From Raillietiella orientalis (lineage: Eukaryota): DNA of 64,000 bases. Every line of letters begins with the position of its first letter. Positions within the stretch are counted from its first letter, which is position 1. The notes under the pieces were generated by a model, which was not told the DNA's origin, did not search any database, and was given only the letters and a program-made list of their open reading frames with translations. Below are positions 14,331-27,101 of the stretch, piece after piece. Position numbers and translations under genes: made by a program. Location of the stretch: the NCBI GenBank assembly GCA_036172245.1, contig JAYWIR010000059.1:248001-312000 (forward strand), read 5' to 3'.

Positions 14331-14728
14331 CAGCGCATGGATCCGAAGATTCATAGTTGGATCATGGGAAGTCGAGAATGCAGAGCTAGAAGGAAGGTAT
14401 TCGGTAACCAAGAAATCATGACTTCTCTTTAGTATGATTTGTGTACCAACCAGTGAGCGCTCGGATTAGATTTGTATCTACGTACCGTGTAGTGCATTTC
14501 GTACTTGCATCAGAACCTTCCATGGTGTTTCACTCGGTATCCCCAGGGTGTTTATTCCATCAAAGCAGACAAACAAGTCGAAAATTAAATTTTGCTATGC
14601 TTTTCAGCAGACTCAGGTAAAGCTAAGACTTTCAGCAAGGATCACTTGGCTTCATTAATTAACATTAGCTAAGCTTCAGGTGAATGATTGCAAGCAGCCA
14701 TTCCCAAAACAGAAACAACGATGAAGAG

Positions 14729-15460
14729 GTTGCCTGCGTCGGAGGCCGTGTGGTTACGGTGGTCTCCGCGCGTGGCACCATGCGTCGTGGGTTCGAATAT
14801 TCCGAAGGAATTGACGCAGTGAGTCGTGGGTCCCAAGTTCACCCCACAAGATGACGCTGGTTGACCTACATTCATGTGGGAATAGCACTGGTAGCGGTTG
14901 AGACCGGATGCCCCCGATGAGGGCTGGGACAAATGGGAGTCGATCTCCGGATCCTTCCAAGAATCACGGAGTGGGAGTTCCCCTCCGGCTATGAAGGAGA
15001 AGATCCCCATTCCGGGGGGAACACCTCCGCGTCGGACTGCTGGAGTAGGTGTGTCACCACTACCTCTCCAGAGAGTGCAAAGACGCGAGCCAATCTCTTC
15101 GGGGAAGCTGCGTCCTTCTGAATTTCGGAAGCGTCCCCTTCTGGGTTCTCTTCAGAGGAGTAAAAACAAGAGCGGATCCCTTGCGGGGAATCCCTCCGGA
15201 GAAGAAATTTCAGGAGCGGATCCTTTCCAGGTTCACTTCAGAGAAGAAAGAATGGAGCGCCCCCGTGGATCCTCCGGAGAGAATAAGGAAGGAGACAACC
15301 AGGGTGGAGGTGATCTCCGTTTCCGGGGATCCCTCCCCAGGAGTGAGAGGAACGGACTCCGAGTCCTTCCTTGATTCATAGGGCGGACTCCTCCCGGGGT
15401 AGACCCTATCTTGAAGAATATCCACCCTCTGGTGGCATGGAACCGTATCGAAGAACTGCG
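14729..15460 (+). mobile_element. tRNA-derived SINE, copy 1
   Basis: Head with B-box GGTTCGAAT (~14790). Body and tail align by eye with the copies at 18912-19520, 39288-40335 and 42536-43254 (e.g. GAAACCGGATGCC..., TTCCAAGAATCA, TTCCTTGATTCATAG). Confidence 0.8.
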
Positions 15461-15479
15461 AAAAGGATTTCCATCATCC

Positions 15480-16700
15480 TAAAAAGCCAGTAGCGATCTT
15501 ACGATATAAGAGGTTCAATAGGAGGGTTCATCGACACGCAAACGTTTGTTGGAGAGTCCGAAGCGGAAGAGAAGAGGACAATCAATAAATAAATAAAGGG
15601 AAGGTGATGACAGAGATCATTGGTTTGAGTTGTTTATTCTTGCTAAGTAGCGGCACAGCTGCACAGCACCTCCGACTTCTTGCAGGTGAGGCCCCCTTTC
15701 GTCAGTCATCATTTAGGTGGCTCACAAGCAGATGACCTCCCTCCGCTGTGCACAACGCTCCAACAATAGCGGGCTGTGATGATGACACGTAAGCAGCACA
15801 TCGTCACAATTAAGGCTCTGGTGAAGAAATGTGGTAGCAAGTCCTTGGCAGTGTCCATAGTGTGCAGGAGTGCTGAAGCCAGCCTCCGCCAAAGTGCTTG
15901 GAGGACACTGTAGTCGAATAATAGGTGCGGGAACGATTCAGTTCAACCTTAAACAGTTTGGAGACGTCACTCCCCCGGAAATCGGTTTGCACTGGAGACC
16001 CCAGTGTAGAAACAGCAGGGCATCCTACTTCCACTCCAAGGAGAACAGAAGTGTTCACGCACACAGGAGGGACAACGAGTTCTCCGTGAAAGCAGTACAC
16101 TCAACGGCTCACTCCACCGAAGCAACCCCTTCGGGCGATAACGCAGAGTGATGGCATCCACCATCTCACTCGCCCTCCAGCCTCCCAGAAGTTCGGTTAA
16201 CTTGTGTCCCAACTCCTGCACTCTTGCATAAGTGGTTGACAACTGTCGTCGAGGCGGACAGAGCTGCGGAAAGGGGTGCGACGGCCAAGAGACAGACTTC
16301 GTCGAGTCCTGCAGAACACCTTCCAGTGAAAGACTGTGGAAACCTTCCATGGTTGGCACCGTCATGCTTCTGGTTACTGTGTTCCCACTCACAAGATCTA
16401 TCAAGATATCTTTCTCCCGGATTTCAAACTCCGGCTGGCAAGAGCGGCCGTTCAAATTTTCTTTGGAAGATGAAGTTCATGGAGATGAGATCCCCACAGC
16501 CTCAACGTCTTATCACGTAACTACAAGAAAGGCGTTCCTCTGGCTCCGTGGTGTCCTGTCTGCCTACCTAGGTGCGAAGAGGGCATTGCCAACTTCAGGA
16601 AGGGCCAGTCACGTGTTTTCAAACACTGTGCAGAAACACTCCTAGAAAATGCTAACAGAGCTCTATGAAAACCTACAGCGCGACGACTTTGAAAAAGGAA
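15480..16700 (-). mobile_element. Tx1/L1-clade LINE 3' fragment (ORF2 C-terminus plus 3' UTR), decayed
   Basis: Minus strand ALLFLHWGLQCKPISGGVTSPNC (~15955-16025) matches the zinc-knuckle region of the other copies. LLGGWRASEMVDAITLRY is homologous to the ~24570-24620 and ~33630-33690 segments. 3' UTR-like tract at 15560-15630. Confidence 0.7.
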
Positions 16701-17169
16701 TGTGAAGAAGTGATTTATGATTAACGGAAGCAAAGAGTTTCAAGTCGCCAACACAAATCAGTGGATGGAAGCGGCTGATTGACGAAGTCTGGTGGAAGAA
16801 GGCAACAAAGGTACTACTCACGCCCTACCAAGAATAATAAAAAAGAATGCTCTTGGGGAGGTGAAGAAACCCACACAGACACACAAAATGCAGTGCCAGC
16901 TCAAACGGAACAGGAAAAGCATCAAAATTTGTGGCTAGTCCAGAATGAAAATGGATTCCCTCTAGTGAGCTGCACGAATTGTGCCACTAAACTGATTGAG
17001 CGGAGTGTCCTTTAATTGAACCTACACGCCGCCGGGCTTTTCACGGAAATTTATTTCCCTGTGGATTATCAAAAATTTCGCATGGTGCCTTTGTGTTCCT
17101 GTTTTCTTGTGCAGCTCCAGACATGTGGCCTAGTCATCCGGCAAGGTGGTTGCCTGCATTTGAAAGTTT

Positions 17170-17325
17170 TTGCCCGCGTTAGCGGCTGGCCGAGTGGCTG
17201 CGGTCCCCACACGTTGTGCCAAAGCGTCACGGGTTCCAATCCCATCCGGGTAAGGATCGACCTCGAGAAATGGATGCGTCTCCTGCAGAATGACACTGGT
17301 TGGCCTATTCGGGTGCGGCACTGTT
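17170..17325 (+). mobile_element. tRNA-derived SINE, copy 2, 5' part (interrupted by a Tx1 insertion)
   Basis: A-box TGGCCGAGTGG (17187-17197), B-box GGTTCCAATCC (17232-17242), then GATCGACCTCGAGAAATG...ATTCGGGTG as in the other copies. Confidence 0.8.
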
Positions 17326-18911
17326 GATACCCAGTCACACCGGGGCTTTTATTTATAAAAAATAAACATACCTGACTGTGACAGGACGTTTGATCCTGCC
17401 ACGTTACTTATAACTACAAGAAGGAACCTGCTGGGAACTTGCACCCGAGCCGGCGAGGTTCGCCTCGGCAGCATAGGGGAAGGGAAGAGAAACAAAAAGA
17501 AAAAAAAATAAAACAAAAAACGTACAGTCGAAAAATGAAGGGATTCAGGAAGAGATCACTGCGTGCTGGAAGGCGTCCTCTGCATCCTAGTAAAGATACC
17601 GACAAGTTCCTGTTTCAGGACTCCCAGATGCGACCATCTTCATGCTGTTCTCATGAATAGGACAGCAAAGTAGATGGCATCCCTGTCGTTCTGACCTCTG
17701 GCATTGCGGCTCCAGGCAGACCCGATCCTGCCGCATAGGCAGCAAAGTGCTGCTGGGGATGTGGCCAGAGTCAGGGCATCGCTCAGTAAGAGGCGCTTTC
17801 AAACGTCTATGGGGTTGCCGCCGGGGGGTCCAAGAGTCGCGGCAAAGAGTCCCCAAAGGGGCCAGAGGGCAGCACAGTCCACTAGAAGGTGCGGGAGGGA
17901 TTCCTGCTCCTCGCACCTTGCACAGTTTGGGTTCACTCCCCCCTGTGTACAATGATGCTGGCGGGCGTTGCACAGGAGGCCCCAGTGCAGCAGGATCAAT
18001 GCCGACTCCTGCCACGCAGTCGGCATTGATGCCGACGATGCATTCCACTTCCTGCCGATGTTGCACTCCATCTCCTGCCGACAATGCACTCCACTTCAAG
18101 GGGAGGGTGCGGGTGTTCATGAGCACCGGGAGCCACTGCAGGTTTTCCTCTTGAATATCCAGTAGCAAGCCCCAGAGCCAAAGTCATGAAGTCAGGGTCC
18201 AGCGTCGGTGAACTAATCTGTCATCCAGTCGCTTAGTCCTCTTCTCCTTCCGGGGATTTCCACAGTCAAGTCCTATCTAGCCGCGAGGCTGCTGCTCATG
18301 TGTTTCCTAAGGGAGGACAGCGCGGCGGCGAGGGAGGTTCTGCTTGCTCACGCCCTCTTCACTGGATCTTCGAAGATCTCCTGGAGCGTGCGGTTGTTGT
18401 TTCGCGCGTACAGGAAACATCGCGCTTGACTCCTGGATCCTCGCCCACGTGAGAATGATTCCCTGCATCCAGGAACTACCGTTTGCGGGGCGGTACGAGA
18501 TCCATGCGTTTTTCTTGTCCAGGGTGGCCACCTGCCGACGATGCAGTCCGCAGTGGATGAGAGTGCGCGGAGAGAGCGCAAGGAAGGACGCGCGTCTCAC
18601 GCTGCTGGTGGCTTGCTGGACGAGAAGACATGCAGATCGGCACCAGGTGGTGCTCCAGAGATTTGCCACGAGGGTGACTGTCCGGAAATGGAGCTACAGT
18701 TCCATCCGCTCCAGCTTCTGGAGGAGGCCTAGGTCGCCGCCCCTGCGCTGAGCGCACGAGTTCTTGAGGCGGATTCCGAGCCTCCCTTTGCCCCAGAGAA
18801 CAATCCGGAGGAGGTCCTTCGTTCGCTTTCTGATGCTACATGGCGGGGAGCAAACAAAAAGCAGGGGGCGGAGGAGGGGACCCACAACGTGTATCACACA
18901 GAGGCCCATTC
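17326..18911 (-). mobile_element. Tx1/L1-clade LINE, 5'-truncated, with intact 3' terminus
   Basis: Zinc knuckle LLHWGLLCN...PNCARCEEQESLPHLLVDC (ORF 17799-18089 -). Post-RT motif RTVTLVANLWSTTW (~18640-18690). AATAAA at 17353-17348 followed by a terminal hairpin at 17330-17345. Confidence 0.85.
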
Positions 18912-19520
18912 CAGCGCTGGCGGAAGCCAGAAACCGGATGCCTCCCCGTTGACTGGCCGGGATTGGAAGTCGACCCGCTGGGGTTCTTCCAGGAATCAAG
19001 GAGGTTTCGGCATTCCCCCCCGGTTGTGAAGATGGAGTCACTCATCGCGGACCATGGAGCTGGTTGACTTCCCCCCTCCCAGGTGGTTGTGCCTCTGCAG
19101 GGTGTCAGAAGCTCACTGCTTTCTTCGAGGAGCGACCCTACAGAGAAACTGGGGAGCGTCTCTTCGGTGCTCCCTTCAGAGGAGCATCAACAGTAAGCGG
19201 TTCTCTTGCTGGTGGCCTCCAGAGAAGAAATTCAAAAGCGGACCTCTCCGGGGAATCCCTCCGGAGAGAACAGGGAAGAGGTTCCCTTCGGGGTCCCCTT
19301 CGGAGACAACCAAGGTGAACCTCTTCAGGGTTCGTCAAGCGTAAGAGAGGAAGGACTCCATCTTCCAGAGCCATTCCTGGATTCATAGAGTGGTCTCTAC
19401 GGGGTCACCCCTGAATTGAAGAGTTGCACGCACCCTCGGGCGGCGCTGACAGTGTTATAAAGAGCTTCGTGAGCACCCTCTAAGGAGGCGAATGGCTCTT
19501 CAGCATTCAGGGAACCAGAA
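18912..19520 (+). mobile_element. tRNA-derived SINE, copy 2, 3' part
   Basis: Resumes the SINE consensus at GCGCTGGCGGAAGCCAGAAACCGGATG. Close match to the reverse complement of 42540-43090. Tail TTATAAAGAGCTTCGTGA...GGCGAATGGCTCTTCAGCA. Confidence 0.85.
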
Positions 19521-19811
19521 AAGAGGAAACCCGAAAAAACAAACCTACAGAAAAAAACAATAACAAAAGCGGGAAGGGAGGCTGTGAGAACAGAAGATCC
19601 CAAAGCCTTGACCAGGGCATACAAAGCGAGAGGCTTAAAACCGGACCACCTCAATTCTGGCACCGCGGCGGAGCGTCGCAAGGCTCCAAGCAGGACATTT
19701 TCAAGTGGCCTGCTCCGTGCAAGACTCTCGGGAGGCATCCTGTCTCAAGGCTTTTTTCCATGGGGCGAGGGGAGCGTGCAATCCGAGCGAGCACCTGCCC
19801 AGAATGCTGAG

Positions 19812-20630
19812 TTTTCGCACGGTTACACCAGCGGGCCGTTTATTAAAAAACAGACCCGCATGTAAACCGTCGGATCCGAATTTGTAGGTCCTCGCTCCGT
19901 AGTGGAACCCACGACCCCGCCGCATCAGTACATATCCCGGAGGCTTTTGCTGCTCACGAGCGACTTGCCGACAAAAGAGGGAAAACAAGGGGGGAGGGAG
20001 TAGACAAAACATAGATTGCAGCAACAACAACAAAAGAAAATCGTTTTTAAGGAGTATCGGAAAACCAGGGCAAGGGCCACTGAGAGATCCCTAGAGTCTT
20101 TGGCATCCTGTCCAGGATGCAGCAGAGTTCCTCCTTTCTTCGGTGTAAATGGAGTCATCTTGAGGTCCTCCTTGAAAGAGAACAGACGATCGCGATGACG
20201 TTCTTGCCTGTCGGGACCTCTTTCGCCGTGGCACCTCGCCGCCACCGCGGAGGTAGCACACAACGGCTATCGCCGCAGCAGGTGACACGCCGCTACCGTC
20301 GTTTCAACATGCCCTGGGGGTTGCCCCTTGCGGATTGTAGGAACGTAGCAAGAGCGTTCCCACACATTCCAAAGGACAAATCAGTAGGTGTGAGAAGATT
20401 TCTCTTTCACCGCCTGGCCACAGTCCAGGCTCACACTTCCTCTTGTCCAGTGGCGAAGTTGCGCGTTACATGAAATGGCCCAATTGCAACGTTGAGTCCT
20501 GTCATTTCGGGGAGGAGGGGGAGCATGGAACTTTCCAGAAACACCGAGGGGATCTCCACGTCTTCCAAGAAGATTTCAAAGAAAACAGCCTAGCAGGGAA
20601 GTCCTCTGAGATCGACAGGGGGTAGTCGAA
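19812..20630 (-). mobile_element. Tx1/L1-clade LINE 3' fragment
   Basis: 3' UTR homologous to the other copies (G-rich/A-rich tract, GGCATCCT motif), with AATAAA and a degenerate hairpin at ~19816-19844. Eroded ORF2 C-terminus (FWKVPCSPSSPK*QD...FKEDL). Confidence 0.65.
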
Positions 20631-23399
20631 GCATCAGCAAGTTGAGTGCCGTCCAGCATCCCAACTCCTTTCTTCTTGCTGGTTGGCAGAAAGAAGTCCT
20701 ACGAGAAGTCCCATCTAGTGGGCTGGTCACCGCCCTGGTTCTCCTACAGAGAGGACAGCGCTGCCTCATGTGGGGTGCCTTGCGTACATCTGTTCTTCAT
20801 GGGGCTATTCAGCATCTCCTGCAACAAGCAGCGAGAGTACTGGGGACGTGACAAGCGCCGCAATCGCTGCGGGTTCGCGCCACTGATTTTTCGCTCTCGT
20901 CCGAACCGCTTCCTGTTTCCAGGGTGCTACAGTCCGTGGGCAAGCAGGAGATCCAGTCGAGCATGACCATCTGCCGAAGAATGCGGGCAGGCGGCAACTT
21001 CAAGGAAAACGTTAAAGAGAAATTGCGGATCATCTTTAGTGTTTCCCTTGATGCAATCCCAGAATTCTAGCGCTCGTGGTTACAAGCACCTGCTACCATC
21101 CGGATGCGTGACTCACAAGTTCCGTCTGAGGTTGTGTAGTTGGCGGCTAAACTCTTGGAAACCCTCCGGTGGTCACTTCACAACAGCTCCTTTCTGATTT
21201 GATGCGAGGTTGGTTCCGTGGTGGCCATCCCGGTCGCGTGCATCGGGAACGGCATCTTGGCTTCACGAAAGTGTGATAGAACATAGGGAGACTGCTGGAT
21301 TTCGAACATCTGAACATGTTCGAAATCCAGCCTCTGCACAGAAAGTTTGCTCATCCTATGGAGTGCCATCTTATTGGCTCCGGAATTCTGCAAACCCACT
21401 ATCCGCACGAGTGGGTGCAGACGTCTCACTCTTGTAACTCTACCGATTTCTGTGCAAGTGTGTTTGTGGGTAAGATCAGTCCTTCCTATCCTGGAGTCCT
21501 TTTTTTTTTTTTTTTACACAATGGCAACGGTAACTAGGCTTGACAACTTTCCCCTCCCCTCCCCCTTTTAGAGTTGCATTCGGCTCGCCGCATGGCTTCA
21601 TTCAGTCTTTTATTTATTGCTTTCAATACCATCCATTTCACATATCTCGTTTCAGCTGCGTTTGTCTGCTTGACCCTCATGAAGACATCTCGGAAGATAC
21701 ATTCTGGAGGCGCTAGAATCAGGAAGGCAGTGTCTTCGGATGGTTTCTGTACGACATCTGTTGATTATCCTCTTTTCTATCGTGCACTTGGGACGAATTC
21801 GCCTCCATACGATCGGTGACGGTCCAGGAACTGCTTGCAGCCTGCAAGCGGCGCGAATCGGGAAGTCGTTCGGGCGATTCCCTCTTTCCGGTGTTTCCTG
21901 AAAATATTGTTGATTGCACTCGACGCTGAAACACAAAGAGCTCTTATGGCTCTCTCTCTTTTTTTTTTCCTGAGGCACATTCAACAGCATCCAGTGTCTG
22001 GAGCCGCCGTTGCCACGGAGTGAAAGGCCGGTCGCATACAAGTCGGAGAACGAGCGAGACTCCTGCCTCTCGTTCGAAATTCGGTTTCCTCTCGAGCCGA
22101 GAGACCAGAGTGATGAAAGGCGACAACCTGGAACGCAATGCTCCAGCGATTTTCTACTCAAGCAAGATGTAGTCGCGGCACGGCTGACTGCAGATAGCGG
22201 CAGACCTTGCACGCAGGGAGTGAGAGATCTGAGCCTGGACCAGTCGAAGCTTGTCTGGTTTGGTGTGTCGTTTCCCTCTCCTCCCTCCCCTCCTTCAACA
22301 AACAGCTGTGATTCCTGAAGTGTGCATCCTGTTACGCCGTTTTTTTTTATTCATGAAAAGCGAACCTAGAAACGAGGAAGCTGGTTCCCATGCAACGCTC
22401 AAAGTTTAGGAAGAAGGGCTGTTCCGCCGATAGCATGGAAAGACAGAGGGATATCAATGAATATCGTTAAATAAGAGAAGGGGAGAAGGTGGGGAGGAGT
22501 CTGCTGACCGGGTCGCGTGTTCCGAGCGGTCTGGGAATCGGGCGGCAGCCTCCTTTGCTCCTAGATGCAGGTGGGGCGCCACTTGACCGCATTCCTTATT
22601 TGCGAAGGAGGAGAAGCACAAGACTTCCTCCCGTCTTCTCGAGCCGCGCATCCGACGCACGGCAAGGCTGCTACCATCCCCGGGGAACGGCCGGGGGTCC
22701 ACGAGGAGTTTCCAGCCTGCTCCGAGGAACCTCCGGTAGCGGCGACGAGCATCTTTCGAGCATCGCCCGACGGAAAAGGCTTCCTTGCTTTCCTCCGCGA
22801 CCCTTTTGCCCCTCGGGCACTCTCACCGATTTCCCTCTCAGGACGGGATTGGATAGCTTCGAAAGAGCCTACCTACAGAAGCAGCGTGACGGAGGGGGGG
22901 GAGGGATTGAGCTACGAGAGTGCCTGCGGGCGCGGTCAGGTCATATTCCTCCGGGAAGTCAGCAAACAAGGGTTCTACGCGAGAGGCTTTCCTACGAACC
23001 ACATCCAAGAGATCAGGAGGGTGTTCCGGAGAAGGGTGGCAACTGAAAGAGGGGGCGAATTCGGCAACCAGTCGTTTGCCGAAGATCACGGGTGGTGCTC
23101 AAACAGATGGCTTCCTCGGTCTTACCCCAGTAGCTCCAGCCTGTGTGTCGTCAAAATGGCATCAGGTGTGCGCGTGCGTCGTGCTGTGCATTAACCACAA
23201 CTATGAATATAACGTAGATATAAGCTTACATACACACGAGCAAAAAAATAGATCACTGCATGCGTTCATTGGTACCCCACGTGTGTGTGTGATACAAAAA
23301 TTGCACAGCATATACGATGGTACTGATAACATGTATGCGCTGTACTGAGTTACGATATTGTGAACGTGTAGGTGATTTTCCCGGTCTGCGTGTACGCCT

Positions 23400-23828
23400 T
23401 CATGCTTGCGTTTCGTTTTTACGACACCCGCTGGTGGGTGGTGCGAACATGGGATGGAAGGTGTGGGATTTTCCGCCACCCTGGCGGCGTAAGTGGCTAA
23501 CCCGTGTGGATGTCCTGTCGACCCCAAAACTGGACTCCTAGAGGTAGGAGGTGGTGGAGACGCTTCGGAAGTGAGCACAGAGCAACTTCGCTGCGGAGAA
23601 AAATCCCCTGCGAGCCACTGGGAGATCTGAAGGACTGGACGCACGGATAGCTGTCACACCCCTTGCCGCAGCACCGTCTGTCCTCAGGGCGAGCAACGAC
23701 AGCAGCCAATCGGCGGGGTGGGGTTTCTCAGACAATATTGCAGGAGCCGAGAAACTCCTCGACGGCTGCAAGACGAGCGGGCGGGTTGGCGGACGGCGTC
23801 ACTCCCCGTTCCCGGAAGAAGTGACTTG
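23400..23828 (+). mobile_element. Tx1/L1-clade ORF2 internal fragment, plus strand
   Basis: CACTGGGAGATCTGAAGGACTGGACG...GTCACACCCCTTGCCGCAGC (23617-23673) aligns with the reverse complement of 16260-16330. Peptides PKLDS-R-EVVETL and LSHPLPQ correspond to PEFEIREKDILIDL and PSHPFPQ. Confidence 0.55.
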
Positions 23829-23829
23829 G

Positions 23830-26030
23830 TTTATCACCCGGTCACTCCGGGGAGTTTTTTTATAAAAAACAATGAACATACATGTGTAGAGCCATCGACC
23901 CTACATTGTCCGAAAATGTTCGGAACCTGCCGAATAACCGGCACGCAGGCTGGCGAGGTTCGCTTCGGCAGCGGAGGGGGAAAGAGCAAACAAAAATAAA
24001 AATAAAATAAAAATCAATAAAAAAGACTCTGGAGGGCACGGGAAGGAATCACTGTCCACTGGAGGGCATCCTCTGCATCCTTTCCAGGATGCCGGCAAGT
24101 TCCATCTGAGTGTGCCCCAGGCCATCTTGCTGCCGTCCGCAGCAAGCTCAAGGCGAAGCAAAGGGCGTCCTTGTCGCGCCGTCCTCCTGTCGCGTAGCTC
24201 CAGGCTGCCACAATCCCGCGTAGGCAGCAAGGAGCTGCTGGGGATGCGGCAGACAAAAGAGTTCACGTCTTTGGGATTGTCCGTCGGTGCACAGGGACCG
24301 GAGGGCAACGCAGTCTACGAGCATGTGCGGGAGTTGGCATTCCCGTTCCCCGCACCTGCAACAGTTGGGGACCACTGCCCTCCGGATCCAGTGAGACCGG
24401 CGGGCGTTACTGGGGAGGTCCCAGTGCAGCAGCAGAAGTACCGACTCCTGCACTTCAGGGGGAAGGCCCGGTTCTTCAAAGCAGGGGGTCACTCGAAGTC
24501 TTCCTGTGGGATTCCTAGCAGCAGCTCACTCCAGTGTAATCATCTTTTCGGTAGGACGCTTGGGGTCGCAGCGTGCGTGAGCTGGCCCGTGGTCCAACTA
24601 CCTAGTTCCCTCGTCTTCTAACTGATTTTGCAACTGAATTCCCATTTGGTCGGGTAGTTACTGCCCAGGTGCTCCATGAGGGAGGGCAATGCAGCGGTTA
24701 GGAAGGTTCTTTGCGCCCACGCGCACGTGGTGGGCTGCACGATGACGTTTTGCAAAGAGCGGTTGTTGTAAAAGGAGTGCAGCAGTCTCTGCCGCATCTC
24801 CGTGCTCGCTTCGTTGTTCCTGGACCAAATGCGAAAGCTTCTCTGAAACCAGACACTACCATTCGAGGGCCAGCACAAGATCCAGTTGTTGGTCCTGGTC
24901 AACTTGGCCACTCGCAGAGCTCCAGTCCTCAGCTCATGACCTCTGCGTCTGCGCCTCCGCTCAAGGAAAGAAGACACTCCCGCGTAGCCGGTGGCTCGCT
25001 TGACCAGACATCGTGAGGGTTCGCACCAGTTTTTGCCCCAAAGCTTCTCCACGAGGGCAACTGGAACCTTGCTTCCACCACTGAAACGGTAGCTCCAGTG
25101 AAGGACCCTCTGCTCGGTGTGCCCCCCGAAGAATCCGTGAGCCTTCCCTGTGTGCGGGCACCTCCGTGTTCCGTTGGAAACGGGATGTGCTGCTGTTTGT
25201 GCACTGGGGACTCAGCAATCAGCGCTGGCACCTGTTTTTGGGGGGAGCTGCCTCCCCGAACCGTTTGAAGGTGCGGGGCGATGGAATCGCTCTCGCTCCT
25301 CCTGTTGGACTGCAGTGTCCTGGAGAACATGCAGTGGAGACCTCTTCGGACTTGCTGCAGCGCTTCTTCACCGAGGGAAGGCTGAAGAAAGGTCTGTGAT
25401 GGCAACAATCTGTTGCATCGGCGCCATAATGACAGTTCGCCATTCGTTGGTGTCTCGCTCTCAGTGAAGGGAGGTCACCAGCATGGCAGCCGTCTTCATG
25501 AGGACAGCTGCTAGGTGGCTTCACTTGTTAGAAGAGGTCATCAGTGAGATCGCTTACTGTCGCTTCTAGACAGAAAGCAACAAAGAAACCCAAAGATCCC
25601 TGTTCCTACCCTCCCGCCTTTTTTGCGAGATCCACGTCCGCGAATGGCGAGATAGTGCGGGATAGGGGAATGCTCCACGCGCTTCCATCCCTGCATGCAA
25701 ATTCCTCCTGGTGTCGCTTTCTGATGCGGAAGCTGCTGAGCTCCCTGACGTTTTCGACGGTTGGGAATCGGGAGGCTCGGATGTGCTTGTCAGGAATGAT
25801 CCTTGCTGAATCGGCAGAGCTCCGGAGGCGATTGCAGACGCCATCGATAACGACCTTTGTTTCCTCTGGAGTTTTTGACAGGGAGACCTCAATCAGGAGC
25901 GTCCCTCACGTGCTGCGGGGAAGCATCATGGGAATGCCGGAGGATGGGGCGAGAGCATCTTCCGCCGGAAGGAGGATGGAAGGGAGGCGGAAGCCGGGAA
26001 TTCACACTGGGCTGGGGAGAAGCGGCCTCG
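23830..26030 (-). mobile_element. Tx1/L1-clade LINE (eroded RT to 3' terminus)
   Basis: Zinc knuckle LLLLHWDLPSN...PNCCRCGERECQLPHMLVDC (ORF 24148-24492 -), PTEHGG motif (~25160), RT-like KVVIDGVCNRLR (~25820-25860), and a terminal hairpin at 23837-23851. Confidence 0.85.
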
Positions 26031-26662
26031 AGTGAGTAGGGGCGGCGCGATCGAACGTTGCTATGGCGACAGCGGTGCGAACAGGTAGCCGGTGGCGCGA
26101 CTGGGCGGAAAGCCCATGGCGCCGGAGGGAAGCCACCCGCAGGCTACCTCCGGCATCCGAAGGGGAGCGGCAGTAGAGTCCTGCTGAGTCGCGATGCTTG
26201 GAAGGAGGTCCCGAACGGATTTCATAGGAAGGGGGAAGGAAGGGAGGGGAATTGGATACGGAGAAGGGGGTCTTCCGGCAGGAAGGGCTGCGACAAAGGC
26301 GGAGTCCCAGAGGACTCGCTGCACGCCCTGTGCAGAGCCCTGTGAAGAGCGGAAGACGGGAAAAAGAAGGAAGGGAACGATTAGTCCACTCTAATCTGAA
26401 GGGGGGTGGGAGGGATACTCCCGAGACAGAGGGACGGAGGCTCAATGACCCCGATCTGCAACAGTTGCCAAGGGCGCGAACCCCAGTGCGGGCAAACGTC
26501 TCGCGAAGAATCTTTCAAAGACTTCTTCCGCGCCTGGGAGCCCAAGAGAAGAACTCCCCTTTAGCCTTGCTTTCAGCATTCTAAGGAAGAGACCGAGGTC
26601 TCGCGATTCGCCCTGAGTGTCAGAAAAAACGGGGGAGTTCCCTAGCAACCGTAGATAGGAGG

Positions 26663-27100
26663 ATTCTCACCCGGTCGCTCCGGAACGTTTATGTGTTGAG
26701 GGGGAAAAAAAAAAACACTCTGGAGTCGCAATCCTGGAGTCCAACAGTCCCAGGAGGGCGCAGACAAGGTGCTCGACTGGCACAGAGGGGGATGGGAGAA
26801 AATAGAAACAGAAAGAAATAGTTTCATGTCTTGAAGGATGAAGGGGCTGGGCAGGAGTCACAATCCGCGACGTCTGCATCCTTCTCCAGATGCCGGCGAG
26901 CTCCTTCTTATGGCCATCCCGGGTGGGTCCATCTCGCCGCGATCCGCAAGAGCCGGATGGCGCACGCACAGGATGGCTCTCCCTGTCCCGTATCGTCTAT
27001 TCTCGGCATCGTTCCTGGAGGCGGACGCTGTCCGCGTGGACAGCGAAGCGCCGCGACGGCAGAGGCAGCTGGCGACCAGGTACTCCTCGCAAAGAGGCTC
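26663..27100 (-). mobile_element. Tx1/L1-clade LINE extreme 3' fragment
   Basis: 26720-26900 aligns closely with 40680-40860 (ATCCTGGAGTCCAACA...CAGAAAGAAAT-GTTTCATGTCTTGAAG). Terminal hairpin at 26670-26684. Confidence 0.75.
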
Positions 27101-27101
27101 C

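Noticed and set aside
15080..15300. CRISPR-like array suggested by ~40-bp periodicity
   Set aside because: The units are degenerate tandem repeats inside a SINE, with no unique spacers, no cas genes and a eukaryotic context.
17170..17250. Functional tRNA genes (also ~14740-14800, 40255-40335, 43175-43250)
   Set aside because: A/B boxes are present but there is no intact cloverleaf, and each runs into the same SINE body.
17326..17345. Tx1 target specificity for U2 snRNA, 5S rRNA or tRNA (Keno/Mutsu/Dewa type)
   Set aside because: Sequences beyond the terminal hairpin differ between copies and do not resemble those RNAs.
22489..23194. 185-aa and 209-aa plus ORFs, and a CARD-like reading of the minus frame (LLDVVRRK...F...EEYD)
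   Set aside because: The plus ORFs show no motif, and the CARD resemblance is too short to support.
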